31,250 bases of DNA from Chthoniobacteraceae bacterium (GTDB taxonomy: Bacteria; Verrucomicrobiota; Verrucomicrobiia; Chthoniobacterales; Chthoniobacteraceae): assembly GCA_031409655.1 (NCBI GenBank), contig JANNXQ010000293.1:1-31250 (forward strand), given 5' to 3'. Shown here piece by piece: positions 10,839-19,692 of this stretch; the stretch's first letter is position 1, and each line of letters starts with the position of its first letter. The position numbers and the translations under genes were made by a program. The notes beneath the pieces are model-generated. The model was not told the DNA's origin. It ran no database searches and saw only the letters and a list, made by a program, of their open reading frames with translations.

Positions 10839-12689
10839 TCACTCCACCGTCACGCTCTTGGCCAGGTTCCGTGGCTTATCCACGTCGCAGCCGAGGGCGA
10901 CGGCGGTGTGGTAGGCGAGGAGTTGGAGCGGGATGGCGGTCAGGATGGGGCTGACGAAATCGGCGCAGCGCGGAATGTAGATAACGTCGTCGGCGATTTT
11001 CTCCAGCTTGGTGCTGCCTTCGGTGCCGATGACGATCACGGGGCCTTTGCGGGCTTTCACTTCTTCGATGTTCGAGACGTTTTTATCGAAGATGGCATCG
11101 TCGGGGGCGATGAAGACGCTCGGGACTTCGGGGCTGATCAAAGCGATGACGCCGTGCTTGAGTTCGGCGCTGGGGTGGCCGCTCGCGTGGATGTAGCTGA
11201 TCTCTTTCATCTTCAGCGCACCCTCCATGGCCACGGGGTAGTTGAACTGCCGGCCGAGGAACATCATCGCTTTCGCGTGGGCGTATTTTTCGGCGACGGC
11301 TTTGATGTGATCGGTCTGCTCGAGGATGCGCGCGACTTTGTCCGGGAGCGCTTCGAGTTCGTCGATGATGTGCAGACCTTCGCTGTGGGAAAGGTGACGG
11401 ATGCGGCCGAAGAGCAGGCCGAGCAGCGTGAGGATGGTGACTTGCGAGGTGAAGGATTTCGTCGCGGCGACGCCGATCTCGGGGCCGGCGTGCATATAGA
11501 CGCCGCCGTCGCTCTCGCGGGCGATCGTCGAGGCGACGTTGTTGCAGACGCCGAGGGTGCGGTGGCCTTTCCGCTGGCTTTCGCGCATCGCGGCCAGGGT
11601 GTCGGCGGTCTCGCCGCTTTGGCTGATGCAGAAGACGAGAGTGTCCTTGGTCATCGGCAGATTGCGGTAGCGGAACTCGCTCGCGAACTCGATCTCCACC
11701 GGCACGTGCGCGAGCGTCTCGATCGCATATTCGCCGCACATCGCGGCGTGGCAGGCGGTGCCACAGCCCGTGAGGATGATGCGGTCCACGTCGCGCAACT
11801 GATTATTCGTCATGTCGAGGCCGCCGAGCTTGGCGGTGCCTTCCTCGCGGGAAAGGCGGCCGCGCATCGCATCGCGGAGCGTCTCGGGCTGCTCATAGAT
11901 TTCCTTGAGCATGTAATGCGGGTAGTCGCCTTTGCTCACGTCGGCTTCGCTGAATTCCACCTGGCTGACCTCAAAGCCGCTCTCGCCACCGACGAGGCTG
12001 CTGATCTCAAATTTGTCCCGCTCAATCGTGGCGATATCGAAGTCCTTCAAATAGACCGCCTCCCGGGTGTAGGCCACGATGGCGCTGACGTCGCTGGCGA
12101 GAAAGTTTTCCCCTTTGCCGATGCCGAGCACCAGCGGACTGCCGCGCCGCGCGCCGACGATGGCATCCGGGACGTCGCGATGCACGAGCACGATGCCGTA
12201 GGTGCCGACGACCTGCTTGAGCGCCCGTCGCAGCGCTTCCACCAGATGCGCCGAGCTGGGCGCGCCGCCGATGGCGTCGTAGTGCTTGCCCACGAGGTGG
12301 GCGAGGACCTCGGTGTCCGTCTGCGAGAGGAAGGTGTGGCCCTCCTTGACGAGCTGCTCCTTGAGCACGGCGTAGTTTTCGATCACGCCATTGTGGCAGA
12401 GGAAAAGCTGACCGCTCTGGTCGCTGTGCGGGTGCGCATTCTGATCCGTCACGCCGCCGTGCGTGGCCCAGCGCGTGTGCGAGATGCCCACGGAGCCGTG
12501 GGGTGGCGAACTTGCGATCAGCTCGGTGAGATTTGCGATCCGTCCGACGCACTTGCGCACCTCGATTTTTCCTCCCTCGAGGATGGCCACCCCGGCGGAA
12601 TCGTAGCCGCGATATTCCAGCCGACGCAGACCGTCGAGGAGGATGGGAGTTGCTGTTTTGTTACCGATATAGCCGATGATGCCGCACAT
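10839..12689 (-). CDS. glmS: Glutamine--fructose-6-phosphate aminotransferase (isomerizing)
   Basis: N-terminal MCGIIGY, RLEYRGYDSAG, HTRWATHG, ISQSGETADT, and C-terminal DVDKPRNLAKSVTVE. Confidence 0.98.
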   Translation of the reverse strand: MCGIIGYIGNKTATPILLDGLRRLEYRGYDSAGVAILEGGKIEVRKCVGRIANLTELIASSPPHGSVGISHTRWATHGGVTDQNAHPHSDQSGQLFLCHNGVIENYAVLKEQLVKEGHTFLSQTDTEVLAHLVGKHYDAIGGAPSSAHLVEALRRALKQVVGTYGIVLVHRDVPDAIVGARRGSPLVLGIGKGENFLASDVSAIVAYTREAVYLKDFDIATIERDKFEISSLVGGESGFEVSQVEFSEADVSKGDYPHYMLKEIYEQPETLRDAMRGRLSREEGTAKLGGLDMTNNQLRDVDRIILTGCGTACHAAMCGEYAIETLAHVPVEIEFASEFRYRNLPMTKDTLVFCISQSGETADTLAAMRESQRKGHRTLGVCNNVASTIARESDGGVYMHAGPEIGVAATKSFTSQVTILTLLGLLFGRIRHLSHSEGLHIIDELEALPDKVARILEQTDHIKAVAEKYAHAKAMMFLGRQFNYPVAMEGALKMKEISYIHASGHPSAELKHGVIALISPEVPSVFIAPDDAIFDKNVSNIEEVKARKGPVIVIGTEGSTKLEKIADDVIYIPRCADFVSPILTAIPLQLLAYHTAVALGCDVDKPRNLAKSVTVE

Positions 12690-12836
12690 AGAGATGAAGA
12701 GTCAGTGTTCCGAGGTTGAGGAGCGTGGCAGAAATGCCGGACGGGAAGCAAGGGCAGCGCCTTGGGCAAATTTTTCCCAAGCGAAAGCTGACAGATGCTG
12801 GGGGAAGTGAGCATGATCTCGGTCAATCCCTGCTTT

Positions 12837-14129
12837 ATGAGTCTCACCAACTGGCCTTCCATCACCGAAAAAACCCTCGCCGTCATCATGGGCGGCGGCG
12901 CCGGCTCGCGGCTTTTCCCCCTGACCAAAGAACGCTCCAAGCCCGCCGTGCCGCTCGCCGGCAAGTATCGCATCGTCGATATCCCGATCTCGAATTGCAT
13001 CAACTCTGGCCTGCGCCGCATCTACGTGCTCACGCAGTTCAACTCCGCTTCCCTGCACAAACACATCCACTCAGCGTTCAAGTTTGACACCTTTTCGCGC
13101 AGCTTCGTCGAGATCCTCGCCGCCCAGCAGACGCCCACGGATACGACCTGGTATCAAGGCACCGCCGATGCCGTGCGGCAAAATCTCCGCGACTTCCTCC
13201 AGTATCCCTACCAGTACTTCGTGATCCTCTCGGGCGATCAACTCTACCGCATGGACTTCCGCGAAGTGCTCGCCCAGCACATCGCCACGAAAGCGGAACT
13301 GACCATCGCGACCATCCCCGTGGGCCGGGAGGCCGCGCAGGATTTCGGGATCATGCACACGGATGCGGAGCGGAAGATTGTCCGTTTTGTGGAGAAGCCG
13401 AAGGATCCCGAGAAGCTCGATGCGCTGCGGATCCCGCCAGCACTGCTGAAGGAACTCGGCCAGCCCGCGGACGCCGATCTCTATCAGGCCTCGATGGGCA
13501 TCTACATTTTCAACCGCGAATCGCTCGTGGCGGCGCTCGACAACAACTACGTGGACTTCGGCAAGCACGTGATCCCCGAACTCATCCACAAGAACCGCGT
13601 GATGGCCTATATCTATCAAGGTTACTGGGAAGACATCGGCACGATCCGCTCGTTCTTCGACGCAAACCTGATGCTCACGGACAAGGTGCCGACGTTTAAT
13701 TTCTTCGACACGGCGTCGCCGATCTACACTCACGCGCGCTTCCTCCCCGGCAGCAAGCTGAACGGGGCCACGATCAAGGAGGCGATCGTTTCCGATGGCT
13801 GCATCATCGACGACGCGCACATCGAGCGCGCGGTCATTGGCATCCGCAGCTTCATCGGCGCGGGCACCACGATCCGCAACTCGATCGTGATGGGCGCGGA
13901 TTTCTACGAAGCGGACAGCGCCGCAGCCGGCGGCGGCCCACCCGTGGGCATCGGGCGGAATTGCGTGATCGACCACGCGATCATCGACAAAAACGCCCGC
14001 GTCGGCGACGGCGCCGTGGTCACACCGGAAGGCAAGCCGTCGAACTTCGATGGGCCGAATTATTTCATCCGCGACGGCATCGTGATCGTGCCGAAAGGCG
14101 GGACCATCGCGGCGGGTTCCTGGATCTAG
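12837..14129 (+). CDS. glgC: Glucose-1-phosphate adenylyltransferase (ADP-glucose pyrophosphorylase)
   Basis: GGGAGSRLFPLTKERSKPAVP, WYQGTADAVRQ, SGDQLYRMD, FVEKP, ASMGIYIF, YWEDIGT and a C-terminal beta-helix. Start placed at ATG 12837. Confidence 0.97.
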   Translation: MSLTNWPSITEKTLAVIMGGGAGSRLFPLTKERSKPAVPLAGKYRIVDIPISNCINSGLRRIYVLTQFNSASLHKHIHSAFKFDTFSRSFVEILAAQQTPTDTTWYQGTADAVRQNLRDFLQYPYQYFVILSGDQLYRMDFREVLAQHIATKAELTIATIPVGREAAQDFGIMHTDAERKIVRFVEKPKDPEKLDALRIPPALLKELGQPADADLYQASMGIYIFNRESLVAALDNNYVDFGKHVIPELIHKNRVMAYIYQGYWEDIGTIRSFFDANLMLTDKVPTFNFFDTASPIYTHARFLPGSKLNGATIKEAIVSDGCIIDDAHIERAVIGIRSFIGAGTTIRNSIVMGADFYEADSAAAGGGPPVGIGRNCVIDHAIIDKNARVGDGAVVTPEGKPSNFDGPNYFIRDGIVIVPKGGTIAAGSWI

Positions 14130-14251
14130 CGCTGGGAGCGCCGCCGTCCCGTGCGGCATCGAAACCACCCGCGCGAAGCGCCGCGATCAGAACAGAAGGG
14201 CGCTGCGCGCATTCGTTCACGATGCCGCCCGCGACGGCGGCGCTCCCAGCG
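14130..14251. repeat. REP/REPIN-like long inverted repeat, family A copy 1 (after glgC)
   Basis: 32-bp arms CGCTGGGAGCGCCGCCGTCCCGTGCGGCATCG and CGATGCCGCCCGCGACGGCGGCGCTCCCAGCG (2 mismatches), starting at the base after the glgC stop. Confidence 0.85.
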
Positions 14252-14296
14252 GCACGCCGCTTGCAATGGAACGAACTCCACCGATTTTCCACGCTC

Positions 14297-15172
14297 ATGC
14301 GCCGCTTCGTTTTTCTGCTTCTCCTTTTGCTCGGCCCGCTCGCGGCCAGCGCGCAGTTGCCGTTTGAGACCGTCTTCAAAGGGCGCGCCACTTTCGACCG
14401 CCTCGTGAGAGAGGCCGAAGCCGGCCAGTGGAAAGCGCTCCCCATCGGCGAGCGCACCGCCGTGGTCGGCAAGTCTCTCGTGGGCACGCCCTACAAAGGC
14501 TACACCCTCGAGATCGACGACCGCATCGAGGCGCCCTCGGTGAATTTCACGGGCCTTGATTGCTGGACCTTCTTTGAGATCTCGCTCGCCTTTGCCCGCA
14601 TGCTCTACTGCCCGCGGGAGGATTGGACGCCGCAGATGCTGCTCCGCTACATCGAACTCGATCGCTACCGCAATGGCCGGTGCGATGGGAACTACCTGTC
14701 GCGTCTGCACTATCTCGAAGACTGGCTAGCGGACAACGAGCGTCGCCGCCTGGTCCGCGATCTGACGCGCGACCTCGGTGGCATCCGCGGCCCGCACGCC
14801 ACCGGCGAAATGACCCGCGGATGGAAGAACTACCGCTACATGGTGAAAAATCCTGAACTGCGGATTGCCATCGCGGAGATGGAGGCTCGGTTTGCCGAAA
14901 CGCCGCTCTACTACATCCCCAATGCTCGCGTCCCTGGCATCGAAGGCCGGCTCCAGACTGGCGACATCATTGGCATTTGCTCAAAGGACGGCGAGGGCGT
15001 GGGCACTTCGCACGTCGGCATCGCCGTGCGGGATGAGGCGGGCGTGCTCCGTTTTATGCACGCTTCCGCGCCGCGGAACTTTGGCAAAGTGGTGCTCGAC
15101 GCGCGGCTCTCGGAATATCTCGTCCGCTACAAAAGCAATGTGGGGATCATCGTTGCGCGGCCGATTCGCTGA
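14297..15172 (+). CDS. Secreted DUF1460 (NlpC/P60-like, N-acetylmuramoyl-L-alanine amidase-like) protein
   Basis: Signal peptide MRRFVFLLLLLLGPLAASA; LVGTPY..YTLE, GLDCWTF (catalytic Cys), RYRNG...YLSRLHY, SHVGIA, FMHAS. Confidence 0.88.
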   Translation: MRRFVFLLLLLLGPLAASAQLPFETVFKGRATFDRLVREAEAGQWKALPIGERTAVVGKSLVGTPYKGYTLEIDDRIEAPSVNFTGLDCWTFFEISLAFARMLYCPREDWTPQMLLRYIELDRYRNGRCDGNYLSRLHYLEDWLADNERRRLVRDLTRDLGGIRGPHATGEMTRGWKNYRYMVKNPELRIAIAEMEARFAETPLYYIPNARVPGIEGRLQTGDIIGICSKDGEGVGTSHVGIAVRDEAGVLRFMHASAPRNFGKVVLDARLSEYLVRYKSNVGIIVARPIR

Positions 15173-15212
15173 GACTGCGGCGTGGGCGGGTTGCGTCTTG
15201 GAGCGGGAAGAG

Positions 15213-15332
15213 AACGCCAAACTTCAAACGCCAAACACCAAACTCTAAACGGAGCTATCTCGAGTCCGCTCCGACGTCTCGCGATGCCGTCGGCGTTTGA
15301 AGTTTAGAGTTTGGCGTTTGAAGTTTGGCGTT
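15213..15332. repeat. Heptamer tandem-repeat inverted pair (AACNYCA)n / (TGRNGTT)n upstream of smc
   Basis: aacgcca aacttca aacgcca aacacca aactcta ... cggcgtt tgaagtt tagagtt tggcgtt tgaagtt tggcgtt; the outer 21 bp are perfectly complementary. Confidence 0.92.
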
Positions 15333-15432
15333 TTCCCCGCGCCGCAGAGCGCTCGGGTGCCCAATCCGCCGTGGATTTGCCGAAGCACTACATCTTGTGC
15401 CCTAAAATTTACGCAACCACTCCGAATAGTGC

Positions 15433-15461
15433 TTGCCTGCAAATTGCCGCTTGAGGATGCT
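15433..15461 (+). promoter_or_regulatory. Candidate sigma70 promoter for smc
   Basis: TTGCCT-N17-GATGCT, 30 nt upstream of the ATG. Confidence 0.35.
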
Positions 15462-15491
15462 CCCTCCACTCAGCGCCCTTTTTCCCCGTCC

Positions 15492-18400
15492 ATGTATCTC
15501 AAATCCCTCGAAATTTTCGGCTTCAAATCCTTCGCCGCCCGGACCGTCCTGAACTTCCACGACGGCGTGACCTGCGTCGTGGGGCCGAATGGCTGCGGTA
15601 AATCGAACGTCCTCGACGCCATCCGCTGGGTGCTCGGCGAGCAGTCCGCCAAGGCCCTCCGCGGCGGCGAAATGGCGGACGTCATTTTCTCCGGCACCGA
15701 CTCCCGCGCGGCGGTCGGGATGGCCGAGGTCTCGATGACCTTTGACGAATGCGAAGAGGCACTCGGGCTCGACTGGCGGGAGGTCACGATCACGCGCCGC
15801 GTTTTCCGCGACGGCGGCAGCGAGTATCTGCTGAACAAAACGCCCTGCCGGCTCAAGGACATCCACCAGCTCTTCATGGACACGGGCATCGGGCGCTCCG
15901 CCTACTCGATCATGGAGCAGGGGAAGATCGACATGATCCTCTCCTCCCGGCCGGAGGATCGCCGCGCCATCTTCGAAGAAGCCGCCGGCATTACGAAGTA
16001 CAAGTCGCAGAAGAAGGAGGCGCTGCGGAAGCTGGAGGCCACGGAAGCGAATCTTCTGCGCATCACCGACATCATCCGCGAGGTGAAGCGGCAGATCGGC
16101 TCGCTCCAGCGGCAGGCGGGCAAGGCGCGGCGCTATCAGTCCCTGCTCAGCGATCTGAAACTGCTCGAGACCCATAATGCGAAGCGGCAATACGACAGCA
16201 TCGAGGAGCAGCGTTCGGCGACGGCGGATGAGCTGTCTTCGCTCACCTCGCGGCAGGCAGAGCATGAGCAGGAGATCGAGCAGCAGGAAAGTGAAGTGGC
16301 CGTGCAACGCGCCGCACTCGAGGAAATGGAGCAGAAGCTCAACGTCGCCCGGCAGGCGGTGAACGAACTGCGCACGCGCATCTCGAATCACGAAAACCGG
16401 ATCATTTTCAATCAGGAGCGCGTGCTGGAATTCTCCGGCCTCGCCGAGCGCTACAGCGCCGAGGTCGCGGGCTCCGAGGAGCGGCTGCGCGTCGCTGAAA
16501 CGCAGCTTCACGACACCGATGCCGAGCTGGCGCAGATCACCGAGATGCTCGCGGGCGAGCTCCGGCGCATGGAGGAAAAGCAGGCTGCCACGGCTGCCCT
16601 CACCGGTCAGCGCGCGGAGGCGGAGCAGGAAATTTCCACTGCCGCGAATGAAGCGGCGCGTCTCGAGAGCCGCTTGAGCGGACTGCGCGGACAGATCGGT
16701 AGTGTACTCCAGCAGCGCGACGGCGCCGAAGCGCGCCTCGCCGTGCTGAGCAATGAGTGCGACCAGCTCACCTTTGCCTTTGATGCACTCACGCAGCAGC
16801 AGAACACCACGAAGTCCGACCTCGACGCCGCGCTCGCCGACAGCGAGGCGCGCACTTCGGCCCTGACCGCTGCGGAACACACGCTGCGCGAAGAGCAGTC
16901 TGGGCTCGGCGAAGTGGATCGCCAATTGCGCGAGACGCAGAAGGTGATGGCCGAAAAGGAATCGAAGCTCGAAGTGCTGCGCGCGCTGAACGCCGGGGGC
17001 GAAGGTTTCTCCGAAGGCACGCAGGCGGTGCTGCGCGGATTGGACAATCCCGACTTCTTTCGCCCTGCCGTGCTGGGCGCGCTGGCGCAATTCATCGACG
17101 TGGCTCCGGAATACGTCACCGCCGTGGAAGCCGCGCTGGGAGCCAATCTCCAGACCATCGTGATGAAGGATACGATGGTCGCCGAGTCGGCGATCAGGAC
17201 ACTCACTTCCCACAAGATGGGCCGTGCGGCGCTAGCGCTGCGGGATTTCAGATTTCAGATACCGGATTTCAGATTGGGAACCGCGTTACCCGAAGGCGCG
17301 CTTGGCTGGCTGATCGACAAAGTGAACGCCGCAGCGGGTGAAGATGTGGCGTGGTTAATTTCCCACCTGCTCGATCGAGTCGCGCTGGTCGCCGACCTCG
17401 AAACCGCGCTCCGGTTGCGAGCCAGTCTGAAATCTGAAATCGGCGATCTGAAATTTGTCACCCTCACGGGCGAAGTCCTCACCGGTCACGGGGTGCTCCA
17501 TGGCGGCGTCACGGGCGAAGCGACGAACTCGGTGCTCCAGCGGAAGAATCAAATCGCCGCGCTCGAAGCCGAGGAAGCGATCGTTCGGGCCCAGGTCGCG
17601 GAACTCACCAGCCGGCGCGAGATCCTACTGGCGGCGATCGAGACCGGCGTCGCGCGGCTCGAGGAAGCGCGCGAGGAAAAGCAGAATGCCACGCTGCTCG
17701 TCTCCACGCTCCGCGGGCAACTCGCCCTCCTCGAACGCGAAGCGAAGGACACCGAGCGCAAGCAGCAGAGCCTCGATGGTGAACGCGCCAGCAGCGAAGC
17801 CCGGCACGCGGAAGCCGCCGCGCGGTTCGTCCAGCTCGAGATCGAATCCCTCGCGCTCGAAGAACAATCCGTGGGCCTGCGCGAGCGCCGCAGCGAGGCC
17901 CAGAGCCGGCTCGAGATCTTGCGCGCTCAGGAGGCCGAGGTTGCCGGTGAGCTCAATGAACTGAAGATCAAAGTCGCCACCGAACGCCAGCGGCATTCCT
18001 CGCTGCATCATCAGCGCGCGCCGATGGAAGCGCGGCTCGAGGAACTGCGCGACCTCATCGTCCAGCGCCAGGCGGACATCACCACCTACACCCAGCGGGC
18101 CGCATCCACCGCGGCGGAAAGCGCGGAGATCGAAGCCAGTCTCGAAGGCCTGCGCGGTCGGACGGGTGAAGCCGAACTCGCCGTCGCCAGCCTGCTCGAC
18201 GAACGCGCGAACATCGCTGCGGCCGCCGAAGAACTCGGCAACACCTTGCGCATCCTGCGCCACCAACTCAGCGAGTGCCACGACCGCCGGAGCCGGCTCG
18301 AAGTGAAGACCACGCAGCTCGAGATGAAGCTGACTGCGCTGACGGAGCACGTGCAAAAGCGTTACCAACTCGACCTCGCAACTTTCGAACGCGACCTCCA

Positions 18401-19355
18401 CGGCCTGCGCGTCGCCATCCGCGACCTCGCCAAGCGCCAGCGCAACGGCGGCAGCGAAATCTCCGGCGGCGAAGAAGCACTCAACGTTTCACCATCCGCC
18501 GAAGCGCCCGCAGCGAGCGACGAACCGGCGGAAGTCAGCGAGCCGACCAGCTTCACCGAAGACGCCTTCGCCATCGACTGGGAACGCGTGGATGCGCTCG
18601 TCCGCGAACTCGACGGCAAGCTCGATTCCATGGGCCCGGTGAATATGGACGCAATCCAGGAATACGACGAACTCGAGCAGCGCCACACCTTCCTGGAGCA
18701 GCAGAACACCGACCTCATCAACGCGAAGACCGAGTTGATGGACACGATCACGAAGATCAATCAGACGACCAAAGTTCTCTTCGCTGACACCTTCGAAAAG
18801 ATCCGTGCGAACTTCGCCGAGATGTTCACCGAGCTCTTCGGCGGCGGCAAAGCGAACCTTGTCCTGACCGACGAAAGCGATCCGCTAGAGTGCGGCATCG
18901 AAATCATCGCCAAGCCGCCCGGCAAACAACTCCAGTCCATCACCCTGCTCTCGGGCGGCGAAAAGACGATGACCGCCGTCGCGATGCTCTTCTCCATCTA
19001 CATGGTGAAGCCGTCGCCCTTCTGCGTGCTGGATGAAATGGACGCGCCGCTCGACGAATCGAACATCAGCCGCTTCATCAAAATCCTCGATCGGTTCGTG
19101 GCGCAGAGTCAGTTCGTGGTCATCAGCCACAACAAACGCACCATCGCGCGCGCCGATGCGATCTACGGCGTGACCATGGAAGAGCACGGCGTCTCGAAGC
19201 TCGTCGGCGTGAAGTTCAGCAGCCGCGAACCAAACGGGAACGGCGGCGAAGACGTGATGAGTTCGAGCACCGGCGGCCACATCCCGAGCGTCGCCGAGAC
19301 CTTCGGCAAGAGCGGCGACCTGCACAGCGAGAACGTCGCCAACGGCGCCGCGTGA
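15492..19355 (+). CDS. smc: Chromosome segregation protein SMC (1287 aa)
   Basis: MYLKSLEIFGFKSFA, Walker A GPNGCGKSN, long coiled coils, hinge (GEVLTGHGVLHGG), signature LSGGEK, Walker B/D-loop LDEMDAPLDESN. Confidence 0.98.
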   Translation: MYLKSLEIFGFKSFAARTVLNFHDGVTCVVGPNGCGKSNVLDAIRWVLGEQSAKALRGGEMADVIFSGTDSRAAVGMAEVSMTFDECEEALGLDWREVTITRRVFRDGGSEYLLNKTPCRLKDIHQLFMDTGIGRSAYSIMEQGKIDMILSSRPEDRRAIFEEAAGITKYKSQKKEALRKLEATEANLLRITDIIREVKRQIGSLQRQAGKARRYQSLLSDLKLLETHNAKRQYDSIEEQRSATADELSSLTSRQAEHEQEIEQQESEVAVQRAALEEMEQKLNVARQAVNELRTRISNHENRIIFNQERVLEFSGLAERYSAEVAGSEERLRVAETQLHDTDAELAQITEMLAGELRRMEEKQAATAALTGQRAEAEQEISTAANEAARLESRLSGLRGQIGSVLQQRDGAEARLAVLSNECDQLTFAFDALTQQQNTTKSDLDAALADSEARTSALTAAEHTLREEQSGLGEVDRQLRETQKVMAEKESKLEVLRALNAGGEGFSEGTQAVLRGLDNPDFFRPAVLGALAQFIDVAPEYVTAVEAALGANLQTIVMKDTMVAESAIRTLTSHKMGRAALALRDFRFQIPDFRLGTALPEGALGWLIDKVNAAAGEDVAWLISHLLDRVALVADLETALRLRASLKSEIGDLKFVTLTGEVLTGHGVLHGGVTGEATNSVLQRKNQIAALEAEEAIVRAQVAELTSRREILLAAIETGVARLEEAREEKQNATLLVSTLRGQLALLEREAKDTERKQQSLDGERASSEARHAEAAARFVQLEIESLALEEQSVGLRERRSEAQSRLEILRAQEAEVAGELNELKIKVATERQRHSSLHHQRAPMEARLEELRDLIVQRQADITTYTQRAASTAAESAEIEASLEGLRGRTGEAELAVASLLDERANIAAAAEELGNTLRILRHQLSECHDRRSRLEVKTTQLEMKLTALTEHVQKRYQLDLATFERDLHGLRVAIRDLAKRQRNGGSEISGGEEALNVSPSAEAPAASDEPAEVSEPTSFTEDAFAIDWERVDALVRELDGKLDSMGPVNMDAIQEYDELEQRHTFLEQQNTDLINAKTELMDTITKINQTTKVLFADTFEKIRANFAEMFTELFGGGKANLVLTDESDPLECGIEIIAKPPGKQLQSITLLSGGEKTMTAVAMLFSIYMVKPSPFCVLDEMDAPLDESNISRFIKILDRFVAQSQFVVISHNKRTIARADAIYGVTMEEHGVSKLVGVKFSSREPNGNGGEDVMSSSTGGHIPSVAETFGKSGDLHSENVANGAA
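17244..17455. repeat. Heptamer inverted-repeat arms embedded in-frame in the smc hinge
   Basis: gatttca gatttca gataccg gatttca gattgg (17244-17277) and ccagtc tgaaatc tgaaatc ggcgatc tgaaatt (17422-17455). Confidence 0.8.
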
Positions 19356-19364
19356 GAAGATTTT

Positions 19365-19437
19365 GTGAATGGTGATTGGTGATTGGTGAATGGAGTTTGC
19401 GCTCCACCACCATCCACGATTCACCGATCACCATTCA
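19365..19437. repeat. Heptamer tandem-repeat inverted pair (GTGAWTG)n / (CAWTCAC-like)n after smc
   Basis: gtgaatg gtgattg gtgattg gtgaatg ... catccac gattcac cgatcac cattca. Confidence 0.85.
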
Positions 19438-19451
19438 GTCCAGACCAGCGG

Positions 19452-19549
19452 GGCCGCCCAGCCCCGCGCGGGAACGCGAAACGCGGCGGTGCTGCGCCCA
19501 ACCACCGACCGCCGTGTTTCGCACCACTTCCGCGCGGGGCTTGGCGGTC
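19452..19549. repeat. Long GC-rich hairpin
   Basis: Outer arms GGCCGCCCAGCCCCGCGCGGGA / TTCCGCGCGGGGCTTGGCGGTC; inner arms GCGAAACGCGGCGGT / ACCGCCGTGTTTCGC. Confidence 0.75.
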
Positions 19550-19565
19550 ACGGAGATCGAGGCCA

Positions 19566-19689
19566 TGGAGGGACATGCTCCGTCATGTCCTTGATCAAGA
19601 GGACGGAGGCGGCGCGGAGCTGGGGCGCACGGTCGCTCCGCACCGCCTTCGCCCCCGAAGTATGGGACATGACGGAGCCTGTCCCTCCA
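19566..19689. repeat. REP/REPIN-like inverted repeat, family B (3' of the ABC gene)
   Basis: TGGAGGGACATGCTCCGTCATGTCC / GGACATGACGGAGCCTGTCCCTCCA (25 bp, 1 mismatch). Each arm is itself a short hairpin, and there is an inner stem GGAGGCGGCGCGGAGC/GCTCCGCACCGCCTTC. Confidence 0.8.
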
Positions 19690-19692
19690 AGC

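Noticed and set aside
12690..12836. glmS ribozyme upstream of glmS
   Set aside because: The AGCGCC...GACGAGG core is absent on the glmS strand, and the spacer is short and shared with the glgC promoter region.
17244..17455. Intron or intein in the smc hinge
   Set aside because: The sequence between the arms is conserved hinge coding sequence, and there are no intein or intron motifs.
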